A stretch of DNA of 64,000 nucleotides from assembly GCA_028023455.1 (NCBI GenBank), contig JAQFVV010000010.1, positions 3,906,001 to 3,970,000 on the forward strand, written 5' to 3'. The number at the start of each line of letters is the position of its first letter. Within the stretch, counting starts at the first letter, position 1. Source of the DNA: Epiperipatus broadwayi. Taxonomy: Eukaryota > Animalia > Onychophora. The notes under the pieces are model-generated. The model ran no database searches and was not told the DNA's origin. It worked only from the letters and a program-made list of their open reading frames with translations. Below are positions 1-14,975 of the stretch, piece by piece. The position numbers and the translations under genes are program-made.

Positions 1-255
1 TGGTATATAACTTTGATAAAAATTTTTTTATTTCTTCACCTGCTTCTTTTAATATATCAATTACAATTACATCATTACCTGTAGCTTTTCCTTTCTTCAT
101 AAATTTAATTACATGTCTCATTTTTTCATTTAAAAGTCTGGGCAATTCAGAAGATATAATAGATGTAGGAGGTACTTGTTCTTTATTACTGTATAATTCT
201 TGATAGAAGTCTTCCACCCATTTCATGATATCATCTCTCTTTTTAATAATAGTAA
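1..255 (-). mobile_element. RTE-clade LINE fragment (start of RT region), same family as 3891-6725, running off the window start
   Basis: The reverse complement aligns by eye to ~5128-5372 (gaagacttctatcaagaattata...aaagaacaagtacctcc...gatatattaaaagaa) at roughly 85-90% identity. Confidence 0.85.
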
Positions 256-3200
256 TTATATGAATCATATAATCTAATTTATATATTGAAAAAGATTTAC
301 CTACAAATTTTTAATATAATTTAATTTGTACATCTTTTGCAACATAACTTCTATTTTTAATCATCTTTCGATTTACTCTTTTATGCTTGCTTTTTTGCCT
401 TTAATCAAAAAGTATTTCAAAATTTCCCAAAAAATGCATTATTGAATATCAGCATTATTATTGCAAACAACCAAATTCTTTATGTATTTATCTCCCAGAA
501 AATTCTTAAATGCCCTTTTTTTCTTTACTACATTTTTTTTTTTTACATTTAAAATTGTAAAAAAAATATTATTAAAGTTAAATATCAAAGTTGTTTTCAT
601 GTTTTCTTTTATAAAAGTAATAATTTGAATATTATAACTTAAGAAATGAAAACTACTTGTAATTAATATTTAAAAAGATAGTATATGTGCAACTTTAAAG
701 ATGTATTATTAACTATTATCTAAAGAATGAATGTGAACTTTTAAAAACAATGTTATTTAATATTTGTCTTGTATGGTGTGCAGTTTGCATGAATATTAGT
801 GTATGAAAGCATAATGATAATAATTTAAGCTGTCAGCAAATGTTTAAGAATAATAAAATTATGTTTCACAATAAATAATTCACCTTTTATATTCAGTTTG
901 ATGTATGTAAAGTTGTATTACCTATATCTTTTAAAAGTAGGACATTTTATTTGCATTAATTAAATTTAGTAAGACTCCCATGGTGGCCCTGCATTTGATT
1001 TATAAAAAAAACAAAACATCAAATAAACACTATACATAAAAAAATACATATGCACATGTGGTTTCTGGAGCAGGTGAAAGCAACATTTTGTGCTATATCT
1101 TTCATTGATACAAACTGTTGAAAATTGTGTTGCAGAAGAAATAATATTAATTCAACATTCTTGATTTTTTAGTCTTTCTGCATTAACATTTGCTGGAGTA
1201 ATTAATTGATTATGTAATACTAATTTAATAATATATTTTACTCTCATTATAAACATGTCTTTTAAAAAATGCATATGTTGCTGAGAAACTAAAACAAGTA
1301 TTAAATATAATAAATAATAGCAGTAACTGTTAATGTTTAATAGATGTACATTTATATGTTCTGTATATTAAAATGTAAATTACTGAGGGGGGGAAAAGGA
1401 AAAATATTTGCAGCTGGTCAATGTGTATTTAAATTAGATGAGTCATTTTTGTTGTTGTTATATATAGAAAAAAAATGTGTTAAGAAAGTTCCTTTCTGAA
1501 TAATGACATCTTCAGGGAATTGAAAGTACTGATTATTTTGATATTTCTATTGTCCATTGTTACCACTAGATTATTGCTTAGCTAATCCAGGTACAAAAAT
1601 TGGTTACTAAGCCTTACAGTTTGTGATAAAGATGTTTGTAATTATTCATTCTAATTTGCATTCATTGCAAAAATCTTAATTTGTTAAGTGTTCATTATAC
1701 ATGCAGTTGTGAAAGAAGCTGTAATTGTAATATCCATGTTTGTATGTGAACACATCTATTTTCAGATATATAAATAGAGACATAGATATTATATAAATTT
1801 TTTTACATTAAACTAAATTACTACATGTATGTTAAGTACATATATTCAATAGTGAACTACTTTATTCTAATAAATATGTAAATAAACTCAAATGTTGGCA
1901 TTGGATATAGTATACTCTAAACTTTTCAAAATTCACTAAATGGTCTTTCAATATTTTCATATCATCATCGTGGTATATATTATACAAGCACACATAAATA
2001 AAAAAAAATAAATTATCTTTTATTTAAACTATATACTTGAAATTTTTTTTTATTGTATATAAAAATCTATATTATTTACATAAATGTATCTAACTTTTGT
2101 ATACATATATGTAAATCAGTAGTAATGTATAAATACTGATGAATGTATGTACAAACACAAATTTATATATAACACTGAGTATAATATAAAAGTACTGAAA
2201 GCTCCATGGTGATTTGAAAAATTTCAAACATTTTTTGGGCATATATAGACACATGTTCATCTTTCATAATTATCATTATATGACTTATTTATAATATATA
2301 TATTTCAATTCAAGAACAGGTGCTAGTTTAGCACATGCTACTCTTATCATATTTTCCAAGTGAAAAATATTATAAATTAAATTATGATTCATAGTATATA
2401 TATTTATTTTTACAAATTTAATTACAAAAGAATAACAATAAATGCAAAGAAAAAGTTCTGATTTGGAGTCTTATCAACACAAATGATTAAAATGTGATTA
2501 AAAACACCAATCAAATAATCATGAAATAAAAGGAGTGAAATAGGGCCACGCCTTGCCTAGTATAGTGCATACCTTATATACTAAATAAATCAATATATTA
2601 GTGACTAGAAATTATAAGAACCCAAAGGGCCATAAAATATCAGGATGATAAATCCTAGGAAGTGAAGGTCCCTAAGGCTGAACAAATTAATAGAAGTTTA
2701 GGAATACATAGAAGGGAAAGTGACCGCCCTACAAGTGGTATGCCATGCAAACCAAGAAGTAAGCATATATATATATAAAGACATTTATAACAGAACTGGG
2801 AATACTTAAACGGTGAAATAGACTTGTACAATTGGACAATCCAAGGACAATATTCCCACTGCAACTGAAGTGGTTGCCTTGTTTCTTTCAAGCTTTTGCC
2901 TCCCAAATAGTCATGAAGCACGAATAGAGGTGTTCTGAGAGTTTAACATTGCAGTTGATATAACAAAATTTTTGTATAACTAATGGGGAAATGGACATGT
3001 ATATTTGGACAATTTTGTGAACAATAATTTAAGCATAAGAAGTTGGGTTTATGTGTGTGAGTCTGGAAGGGCAGGTGAATTTTGTGTTACTGCACATCTG
3101 GAACCATAAAAACCCCGCCACCTATCCATATGTTTATACTTGAATGTTTAAAAATCATATGCACGGAATCAATTGTATGGGTGCGGATGCGCTTGACACG

Positions 3201-3890
3201 CACCGACGCTCCCTAAATTTGTTTGTAAGAATTCTTGTTGATTTCATTGTAATATCCAAACTTATGCCTCTTGAATTGTCTTGAGGCACAAATAAAGGCA
3301 TTTGAAAGTAAAAGGAGTGAAATAGAAATTTTCTAATTATATCTTAATCATTTGCATTGGAAAATTTTAACCACATCTCCAAATCAAAAGTTACTCGATG
3401 CATTTTTCATTTATATAAGAAATGTATACCATAAGTAAATTTATTATTCTTTTGAAATTATATTTGTATCATTAAAACTGTCTTCTTGATATATATATAA
3501 TTTAACATTTCATAGAAAATTTTATTAGTCTTTTGTGATTATATTTGTACAAGTATGTTTGCTGTATATTGTGATTTCAGTTTTTATTAATTATTCATTT
3601 GGAGATGGTTGTAAAATATAATAAGTATTGGTAGTGCACATGATAAGCAAGCATTCAATAACAACCATTAATTATCCTTACGTTTAGTATTAGTATATAT
3701 ATATTAGTTTTTAAATAATTTTGCTTGTTCATTTCAATTTTTTAGAAAAATTTTTTTGGTCTTTTTGATTTATCTGGATGGCAATTTTATTTTAAATTTT
3801 AGCAGTTTTTTTCTATGGCAATTTTTAAAATTATTTTTCTGAATAGGCCAATTTATTTAGTAAAGTATACTAATAATTATTTATACAGTC

Positions 3891-6725
3891 ATGACAAGCA
3901 AAAATAAATCATGGCCCTTATTTCCAGGAGGGTGTAAAGTCCCCAACCAAGGCAGCGGTTGGTGACCGAAAGCGGAGGGTGCTAAGAATCTCCTGATTGT
4001 GGACCCAGGCTGCCATTTGATGATGCTTTTTTTTTAGGTACTTACAATGGCAGATCACTTTCAAGTGAAAGAAGATTGCAAGAATTAGAAGAACTGTCTT
4101 ATTGGACTTTGTGAAGTTAGAAGAAAAGGTGAAGAGACAATTGATTTAAAAAGTGGACATATACTCTACTATAAAAGCGCAAATATATTCATTATAAATA
4201 AAAAATGGAAGAACAACATTGTGGAGATTGATGGTGTATTGGACAGAGTGGCAAGATTAGTTATAAACTTAATAGCAGATACCAAATGCAGATGATTCAA
4301 GTTTATGGCCCAACAAATTCTCATAGTGATGAAGTAGTAGATTTTAATATGGATGTACAAAAGGCTTTTGATCAGAATAAACAACATTTAAAAATTGTTA
4401 TGGGAGACTTTAATGCTAGAATTGGTAAACAAATGAAAGATGAAAGTGCTGTAGGTAATTTTGGTTATGGTAATAGAAATGAGACAAGACATAGAATTGT
4501 GGAGTTTGCAGAAAAAGAAAAACTTTACATTATTAATTTTTTTTTTAGAAAAATGTTAAAAGGAAATGGACATGGAAGCATCCAAATGAAGGTACGGCAG
4601 AATTGGATTATATTTTGACTAACAAAATATATATTTCAAGATTATAATGTTCTTAATAAATTTAACACAGGAAGTGATCATTGATTAGTAAGATATAAGA
4701 TACGTGTTAATGCAAAACTAGAGAGACAAAAATTATTAATAAAAACACTATAATGAATTTAAATTAGAAAATCGGTTTCAAGTATTAATAAATTTTAAAC
4801 ATGATTCAGATTTGAATGAAATTAATAAGAAAATAACTGATACACTTTTAAAAACTGCAACAAAGATAGCTGGTAGCAAAAAACAGCAATTGACCAATAA
4901 CATTTCTACTGAGATTAGAGAATTTATTAAGAAAAGAAGGAATATGAAGCTATACAAAAATAATGCATTAAAAGGAATTGAATACCTCGGATTCTGTAAA
5001 ATGGTATGGAAAAGAGTTGAAAATGATATAAGAAAGTATAACTGTGAATTAGCAAGGAGAGCTGTAGAAAACAACATTTTAATATTGGTTGGAAATTTAT
5101 ATCTGCAATAAGGAAAAAAAATGGAACTATTACTAAAAAGAGAGATGACATCATGTAATGGATAGAAGACTTCTATCAAGAATTATATAGTAATAAAGAA
5201 CAAGTACCTCCCATATCTATTATATCTTCCGAATTGCCCAGAATTTTAAATGAAGTGACACATGCTTTTAAATTTATGAAGAAAGGGAAAGCTCCAAGTA
5301 ATGATGGAATTATAATTGATATATTAAAAGAAACAGGTGAAGAAATAGAAAAAAATTTAGCAAAGTTATATACTAAATGTTTAAAGAATAAAGATGTACC
5401 AGATGATTGGAAGAATGCAGTATTAATATTAATATTTAAAAAAGCTGATGAAGAAGATATTAGAAATTACAGACCTATCGGCCTTTTGTTATTATACAAA
5501 ATTTTTACCAAGATAATTACAACTCATTACAGAGAACATAAGATTTTCATCAACCAAGAGAACAAGCTGGATTTAAAAGTGGTTTTAGTACAGTAGATCA
5601 CATTCAGGTATTGTGAGAAGTTATAGAAAGGACAAATGAATATGAATTGCCATTATGTTTTGGATTTGTAGATTATGAAAAGGCATTTGATTCTATAAAC
5701 ATTTCTTCAGTGATTAAAGCATTGGATCATCAAGGTATAGATCCATGATATTGTCATATTTTAAAAAAATATTTATAAAAATGCAACAGCAACAATTGCA
5801 TTACATAATCATATCAGGAAAGTCAACATTGAGAAAGGTGAAAGACAGGGTGATTTCATATCTCCAAAACTTTTTATAGCAGTGCTGCAAGAAGTATTTT
5901 ATGGATTAAAATGGGAATCTATCGGAGTGAAAGTAAATGGAGATTATTTAAGTCATTTAGATTTTTCCAGATGATGTAGTTATTTTTGCAAATAATGCTT
6001 TAGAGCTGCAGGAAATGTTGCAGAGTTATCAGATGAAAGTGGGAAAGTAGGAGTAAAGATAAATGTTAAAAAGAATAAAGTAACGTTTAATGGATTTTCT
6101 CAAAATATGAAAATAAAGAGTGATTATGATGAGTTAGAAGAAGTTAACAGCTACAAATATCTTGGTCAAATTATTAATACAGATGGAAACATAATGGATG
6201 AAATTAATCATAGAATTAAACTTGGTTGGAGTGCTTTTGGTAGAAATAACTTGATACTAAAAGGAAACTATGCCTATGTGTTTGAAAAGAAAGGCTTTTA
6301 ATAAATGTGTTTTACCAGTTATTATTTATGTATCTGAGTCTCAGGCACTTAAATAGAAGTGCAATACAGACTTCAGACCACTCAAAGAAGTATGAAGAGA
6401 TGCATGTTAGGAGTAACAAGAAGAGATCAGAAACAATATATGGATAAGAGAACAAACATGTTATTGACCTCATTGAAAAAATTAAAAGACAAGTGGAGTT
6501 GGGCTGGGCATATTTCTAGAAGAGATGATAATAGGTGGACAATTGAAATCTTAAACCGGATGCTAAAAGATTGTAAAAGACCCAGAAAGAGACCACATGT
6601 GAGATGGATGGATGAAATAAGAAAGTGTGCAGGAGTGATGTGGAGATGAGACGCTAAAGATCAGAGAAGGTGGTTTGAACTTGGAGAGTCCATCCTGCAG
6701 TGGATTGATAATAGTTGACGATGAC
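3891..6725 (+). mobile_element. Decayed RTE-clade non-LTR retrotransposon (APE endonuclease + RT), ORF broken by many frameshifts and stops
   Basis: ORF pieces carry IVMGDFNARIG (4286-4618), TGSDH (~4670), KKGKAPSNDG and NYRPIGLL (5234-5596), VDYEKAFDS (~5670), RQGDFISPKLF (~5845), YKYLGQ (6107-6301) and KWSWAGHISRRDDNRW (6359-6649). An N-terminal GAKNL motif follows the ATG at 3891. Confidence 0.92.
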
Positions 6726-9700
6726 TAATAATTATTATCTTACTATACATTTATAAATGCACTTTATAATGATAGATATGATAGAACAAAATTTTTTATT
6801 TTCATTCTGTATTATTAATTTGGAATTTCTACATACAGTGAAGTTATAAATATCAACTAATTTACTTATATGCTATCCATAAAAAAAAAAAATCCCTCAC
6901 TAAATTCAAAATTTCTAAATATTACAAGTTAGATATATATATATATGTTCATACTTATTAATAATATTTATTCAGAGTATGTTGAAAGCATATACATTTT
7001 TTCCCCTTTTTTTGCTTCCAAAAATTTTATATGGTACAGCATTTTGTTTAGTTAAATGCTTTTTAAATTTAAAACTAGAAGCTTTACAAATATTTGAAAT
7101 GAGTAACTATGAACAGGAATGATTATGGTCTAATGTTAATATCGACTTAAAAACATCAAACTAACTAAGAGACTATTACAAAGTTGAAGTTTTATAGCGA
7201 TAAAAATAAATTTATATAAGTTCAATTTTGTTTATAAAATCTGATTAAAAGTTTTTTTTTATTTTACTGTGAAATATATATATATATTGTACCCTTTTGA
7301 TTAGGTCCAAATAGGTTTACTGAGGCAATTTTTAAAAAATTTTAAGTTAAGAGTACATTTTAAATAATATAACTGCTGTATAATGTTGGTAACATTTTAA
7401 AAACTTTGTTAAAGTAAAGTGAGAGTAGTAAATATATAAAAAAAAACTATGTTAATATGTTAAAATAATAAAGCTAAATACTATGATTTTTATATGGTTC
7501 GGAAAGCTGGCCATAGTCAAATAATATATTCAAAGTCCTATTAAAGAAAGTGTTAAAAGTTAGTGTTAGGATAATGATTTAGAATTAAATAAACTAATGT
7601 ATTTTAAATAAAATTAGATTTAATATTTGTTTTATAAATTATTTATTAAAGATATATTTATGGTGGACAAATGTATTTTATTGCAGCTAAATAATTTTTA
7701 AATTTATCTATTCCAAATTGTATTATAATATTTTGTAATAAAATTGTTTAAGATATTTCTTTTTGACAGTAGTTATAAAAAAATTGCTACATATTGTCTG
7801 TTTTTTTTTTTTGTAAAAAAAAGTCATGTGGCCAGTGAACACTCATATTTTGTACTTACAAGGTTTCTAGAGAAAATTTCAAAATTACTTTAGAATTGTT
7901 TTTAATATTGAAACATTTGTTCAAAATAAAAGTAAATATTAGAAAATTTATGTAATTGAATAGCTTTAAAATATATGTAGTTAGTAAAGTTACATTTTAA
8001 AAAATAGATAAAATTAAAATTAAATATTGGATAAATTAATAAAGTATTATTTTTAAAATGTTGTTTTAAAGTGTTTAGTTTGTTTAAATGAAATTGTAAA
8101 ATTAATTTAGAATTAAGTTTTTTAATAATATTTAATGAGTCGTAAATTTTATTTGACAAATATGTAAATTAGATCATAAGTTGAAGAGTAACTAACCAAT
8201 CAAATCGTCAGTTCAATTTAGTATAAAAGTAGATGCTCTCATTTTTCTGGTGCTTAATATCTTAATTGGGTGCTTAATAATGTAATAAATCTCTTAATAA
8301 CTTGTTTATTTATTGTCAATATTATTATCATATATTAGCATCGAACTTTTGCTTAGTTTACTACTTAAAATTATTGTTTTAAAAGAAAGGATTTGAAGGA
8401 TTATAAATTTACTAAGCTAAAGTAGTTATGCGTTGCTAAATTAATAAATTCTCTATCAACTGTTTTATTGAAACTTAAGCCAACTTCATAGAAACTGGAT
8501 TTAATACCAGAAACAAGGATTTATTCAAAAGAATTAAGGATGAAAGTACATCTACTAAAGGAAGGTACAATTTTAAATATATTGGGGAAAAAGTTATATC
8601 ATTTATTTTTAATATTTTGGACATTGGCAAGCAAGTTGAACAGAAATATTCTTCGAAATTTTAACATTTTTATGCATTATATTTTAAGGATAGATAACTA
8701 TTTGGAGAGCAAAAAGTTATATGGAAAAAACTTTAATTTTAATATTTGAAAAAGTATATTTTAAAAAAGTTGCACTGAATATTTTTTTAAAAAAGCTTGT
8801 CATAAACTTCTTTTGAAAATACTTATGAAGATAAAAAACTGATAGTATTACGGATATATTTTTTTTATGACAAGTCGTTATTAAAAAAGACCGTAAATCA
8901 TTTTAATATTGTTAAAACTGATTTTAGAGTTATTCATCGATAAAAGAATAAATGGGTAATTAAAAATATTCTGACTAAAAAAATATTACTTTATAAATGA
9001 CTTTATTTGAATTACCATAAAATGATAATTTTAATGAAATCTAAAATATATATTTTCTGTACAAATATGTGGATTTATATAGCCGTCACTGATGCATTTG
9101 AACCCGGTATACTCCAAGTGAACGGGAATCTCCCGAGATTATTTTAAAACTTTCCTAAGTAATATCTCATTTAATAATTATTTTTCCTGGAAAGCCACAG
9201 ATAACAGACTACGTTTTATAGACTTTTATAACGGGATTGGTAGTTATTATTTAGAAATTTTTCGGATTTAAAAGTCGACTTCATTTTCATTTTTTTTATC
9301 ATTTATGAGTTTATGCACTGTGGGGAAGGAGAGAAAAGGTTTTGTTCTAAAACTTTGGACAGTGGTCATCTTAGCAACAAGCGTCGGGAGAGAACTAATA
9401 AAGGAATATTAGGAAGAAGAAAAAACTTTTAATTTGAACTTTAAGGAGAAGAAAGAATTGGATTTAGTAACTATAGTTTTATTTATCATTTCACATTCTA
9501 ATTATAGTATTAAGTTTTATTAGTGTTAGGTAGGAAAATTACATTTAAACATTTATTTAATCTAACATAATTAATATTGTAAGGAATATTTAAATGTTTT
9601 TTTTTCATAAAACATTTTTAAAGTATAATAGTGATGCTGAATGGATGTTATTATTATTTAATGTTTTTTATATGAAATATTGGACCAGAAAACATCTAAG

Positions 9701-11719
9701 AGTGACCGACAAGATTAGTGTCACTAGGTAAATCTTTGTAAAATATTTAATTTCACATGATGTATATTTTATTGTTTCTAGAATTGCTTGGAATATTTTT
9801 ATAGTATTACCTTATCATATGAATGTATGAACATGTGTGCATGCATGAATTGCACATAAAACTTTATTGTTATTCTAAAGATATGAGCTAGGATTTTTTT
9901 TTTTTAGAAAGATATACATATTTTTCTTTTATATTATTAATGTAATATAATTTACTGATACATATAATTTTTATATGATTCTTTAATGGATGAACCTTAT
10001 TTTTAGAGATATCTTAAATATTGATTTTAATATCATAAAACAAAATCATTTGTATTTTTATTGCTGAATTTTAAAAGTGGAGAAACCTTTTCTTGTAGTA
10101 GTTTTAGATTTGTTAAAGTCATATGTGAATTTGTTTATTATTTAGAGTAAGGCTAGATATTTTTGCGATGTAGATAGATAAATCTATTGTGAAGTTTTAA
10201 GTGATAATGACCTTGGGATCTATGAAAAGAAACCATGGGATGCTTATACGTAGGATCTATGGAGAATAGGAAAGTAACTTATATTATATCTTAGTAGTTT
10301 ATACAAGTACAGATAACATAGCCCTGTGACTTGTATATATTTTCCATGGGCAGTGTCTTTCTTGGTATTATGTATTTTAATGTTCGAATGAGCTGAATAA
10401 ATAGCCTCGACATTATTATTGTATTTGAAATATTTGAGGTTATTAGACAGAGAAGTCATACCTCTTTGTTTACACTATATCCATGTAGATTATCCCATAT
10501 ATTTTATACTATTGAGTCTATACTCTAGTTAGTTCGTCATGCCTACGCATCATTTCGCTATCTTAATTTCGACAGTTATTGCATCGTACATCATTGTATT
10601 TATGAAAGAAATAATGAATAATTTTCAATTGTAGTATTGTTATTTTGAAAGGTGATGAGATAGGTTTTTCTTGTTTTGATTTTTGGTTAAAGTCAAATAC
10701 AAATGAGATTGAAAGTAAAGGCTAACAGTAATAATAAAGAATCATAGATATTTTTCATAGTTTTGTTAAACTATTTTAACAAAAATAAAAGAGATGATAA
10801 ATTGTTCACAAGATTTTTTTGAACAATTTTTGATATTTTGATTACACATGATAATGCATATTTTTAAAGAATAGAACATCGAGAATGAACAACATAAAAT
10901 AGAATAGGTGCTTGTATTTTATGAATATTATTTTATGTTTTTAAACATACATGAAACACACATATAAGGATTTTATTTAGAGTAGTGCCAAGCAAGGTAT
11001 ATAAAAGAACGTCATTAATATTATTTTGTTAAAGTCAATTTATTTATTGAACGAACCAAGATAAATATTTAAATAACATTAGCACTATCATATTAGAAGT
11101 TTGATTAGTTTATTATAAAAATCTATGAACATATTTTAAAAATAAATGTTACTTCAGTATTTCATAATTTTATATTTTCGTGTACACTTATGAAAACCAT
11201 ATATTTGAACTATGTCAATTAATGGATATTATATTAAACTATAAGTGTCTTCTTAAATTAGTATTATTATTATTATTTTAAAATAATATGCAAAAGTTAA
11301 TAAGTTAGAGTAAAGGCTTATTTACTTGTTGATTTATTTTTTATTTTCAATGTGGAAATATGTAATGTTAATATTATTTTCATTAGTAAGTATTTGTTAG
11401 GTTTTGTCAAATATAATTGTAAATATTGTATATAGTTTGTTAAAGGTATAGAATAATAAGTTTTGTTAAATTTGTTTTTTTATACAACTTTGTGTTATGT
11501 CATTTTATTCACCATTACAAATACATGATTGCCAGATACCAAAACAAACATAATATTTGCACAGTACAGATATAATTATTTACTTAAGAAATTATGGTCA
11601 TAATTAATGGTACAATTTATTTCTGATTTGATTCCATTAATGGTACAATTTATTTCTGATTTGATTCCATTTTTAAAATGGAAACATTTAAATTGAATTA
11701 TCATAATTAGACTTATTAA

Positions 11720-11928
11720 ATGTGATAATATGTTGGATTATTTCCATCATCTATTAGTAAATGTTGAATGTATAGAAAATTTTAAACAGTATTTAAACTT
11801 CTCAAATGCAAATAACTTGTTAATAATAATATGCAAATAGACAACACAAATTAAATAAAGTTTAAAATTTTCTATAACATTCAACATTTATTGATAGATG
11901 ATGGAAATAGTCCAATATATTATCACAT
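11720..11928. repeat. Inverted repeat with ~68-bp arms (11720-11787 and 11860-11928), MITE-like
   Basis: atgtgataatatgttggattatttccatcatctattagtaaatgttgaatgtatagaaaattttaaac recurs as its reverse complement with a few mismatches. Confidence 0.75.
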
Positions 11929-12754
11929 CTAATATACCATCTTCACTAGTCTTCAGGCTAGTAGACTTATTAAAATTTCACGAAAAATTTCATCATTAAT
12001 ATTTATGCAAGCAATTCTTGTTAGCCAGTAAAAGAGCCTTCGCTTTATCATAACTACATTTTCATGACTTGTCTTCTTAAAAGTAAATATTTCAAATAAA
12101 ATCTAATTGTAATACAAATATGTTGTATAAATAAGCTTAAGTATGCAAATACTAAAACAATAAAGCACATTCTGAAATGCCTGGGGGCCAAATCTACTGA
12201 TCAGTGATGCTGTCTGTGTTTTTTTATATATTATAATACAGTCAATCAGGGTATTGTCGGCTTCTTTTGACATTAAAATTTACATGATATTTTTATCTGA
12301 CATCTTCAATTTTTTTTTTAAAGCAAAATTTTAATTATGATTTCTGTGTAAAAAAAAAAAAAAAAGAAAATCGTTCAGATAAACTACTAATATAAATAAC
12401 TATAAAGTAACAAAGGCCGAAGTAACAACAATATTAAAATAACACCCCAAAATTAGCAACTTTGACGTTACTACAGCTCCCAAAATTAAAACACTTTAAA
12501 TTGAATGATTTACTATTGATTGGGAGATAACTTATTAAACTTTATTTTTTTAATTAAATATTTTTATATATTTTGAATTTAATGTAACGAATTATTGTTT
12601 TTTCTATGGGAATATATTATAATTGCTTATTTTTTATGCAAAAGTTTTGATTTACAATGCATTTTGATACACCAATTCTTGCTAATCAGGGTGAAGGTAT
12701 ATATTTATTTTTCAGTATTTTTGTCCCATTATCAATTAATTTTTTATAATATAT

Positions 12755-14411
12755 TATAACGGAAATGGTTATTCGTACGGTTGCTTAATTATTTGTGTAT
12801 TCAATTATATTTATTTCGATTATTTTATTCTATATTATACTTATTTATTATATTTTAATTCTTTTCATAACTTATATTTTTTATCCATTTATTGTTTACA
12901 ACTTAGATTCTTTATTATCTTATTCATTATTTTAACCAACGCCGTTACAATACAAGCAGAGAGCTAATACAGATACAAATTTAACTTCATATCTATACCT
13001 TGATTGAACCCCAAGGCAATACGTACATATTATCTTGGCGTTATTTTTCCCAGCCAAAACTCTCGGCTGCTGAACAGAGCAAACTATTCAAAGAAACTTA
13101 GCGAATGTCCAGCGCTTGCTATTTATTTTTAGAATTGGGATTCCGCACGAACAAGCAGCACATGAATATCTTAAACAAATCAGTATGCCCCTTTAATCAC
13201 TACTTACAGTTTCCCCCCTGTCGTAGCTTGGTGATAGGAGAATAAAGCAAGGATACGAAATTTAATGACAAATATGTTTAATAATATTTACACTTTATAT
13301 AAAAAATTACATTATAATAATAAAAACACACACTTATAAATACATGGCTATAATAAATATATGCAAATAGATCAGATATAAAAGTTCTTAAAGTCCTGTT
13401 GATAGAGTTCTATTTTTCTCAAATCATTAATTTTATATTTAATTATGAATAGTAGACGAATGAAAATGCATGCATGCTTTTACCTAGGCTTTGTTGTAAT
13501 TGTCCCATGGGTATTTCTTCCGAGCGCTCTTGATTAACTTCCTCAAATTGTGGGGTTATTTTCATCCAGTTTTCTGGTTGATTCTTTAGGTTGAGTTTCA
13601 ATCGACAGCTACAGAAGCGGCGGTCCCTCTAGCAGGTCAGGCAAAGATCTTACATTGCGAGTCAGTGATGAGATGGCTTGAATCCAAACCTACGTCCCTT
13701 TAACGCCACTATCCACGCACTTCTTCCATTTTCTTTTAGCTGTTGCTTCTCTAAAGTCTCTACTAGCAATCCCAGACAAAAATTGTAATTTTATTAATAT
13801 CTTTCTTTGTTCGTTGTTTTCAAATTTTTTTAATTAAGACTTAGATTTCCAACCAATTCTTATCATTATGTTATTTAATTAGTGGCTGGAATGTAAGTCC
13901 CAATTAACAGATCAGGCCAAGATCTTTCGTTGATAACATTTCTTTGTCCGTGGAATTTAATTTGTCCAACAGACTTTCACACCTACAGCCATATTGTTTC
14001 TTTTTTATATATCACATATTACATTTATTTTATTTAAAGTTTACAATTCATTCATTTTTTTCTTTCACATTTACGTTTTACATTTACTTTAATTTGTTAT
14101 AATATATTTTTTAAAAGAGAGAAGAAACGCATTTTTTTTATGCATCCACTTCCCCTCTCCCACAATAAACAAAATAACTTTCTAGCATTGGATTTACCAG
14201 AGAGAAAGAGACACATTTCTTTATTTATGCAGCCCCCTCCCCTTCTCTTACTATTACAAAATCCACGGTAATTTTGACATTAGAATTTCAATTTTTCCTT
14301 TCCTTCCTTTTTCTTTAAAAAAATTTATTAGCTAATTTATTTCACCTTTATTACTTTCTAATTTTATTAATAAATATATATGTGTGTCGACGACTTTACG
14401 TGATCGTCACA
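12755..14411 (-). repeat. 3' LTR of the Gypsy element
   Basis: Direct repeat of 20218-21883, from tataacggaaatgg to cgtcaca; ~98% identical by eye. Confidence 0.93.
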
Positions 14412-14431
14412 TTACACTCCGCCTGTTTTTT
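14412..14431 (-). other. Polypurine tract (PPT)
   Basis: The minus strand reads AAAAAACAGGCGGAGTGTAA immediately before the TGTGAC start of the 3' LTR. Confidence 0.55.
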
Positions 14432-14785
14432 GAGAATTAAAATCGGGTCGAATCTTATTCTGAGATGAGAGCCTATTTTAATTCTTTGCTTTCAACTCTT
14501 ACTTCTGCTTTTATCACATACTTTCCCACTCTGTCATGACGAGTGATAATGATGATGAGGATGACTGCAGAGAGACAGCTAGGTAAAGCTACACAATTCT
14601 TTCCGGTCGATTTTGGCTGATCAACCAATTTAATCTATACGCATACGAGACCATGGCATAACTTAACTCTATCAAAACAAAAAAACGTAACTGGGTTTAA
14701 AGCGTGTGAACAGCAGGATATTTCTACTGCCTGCTCATCTTGCGCAAACAACAAATTCTTATTCTTGATTTATTTATTTATTTTA

Positions 14786-14975
14786 TTCGAGGCACTAATT
14801 CTTATTTCTTCATTTATTTATTTTGAGACACTAATTCTTATTATATAATGAGTCCAGGATTCTTACTGGCGCTTCATTTATTCGAGGCACTAATTCTTAT
14901 TTCTTCATTTATTTATTTTGAGACACTAATTCTTATTATATAATGAGTCCAGGATTCTTACTGGCGCTTCATTTA
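14786..14975. repeat. 95-bp tandem duplication (x2) in the Gypsy 3' untranslated region
   Basis: ttcgaggcactaattcttatt...ctggcgcttcattta occurs at 14786 and again at 14881. Confidence 0.9.

Noticed and set aside
2940-3060. HVYLDNF, reminiscent of the piggyBac transposase DN motif
   Set aside because: The flanking piggyBac motifs, TIRs and TTAA sites were not found, and the frame is full of stops.
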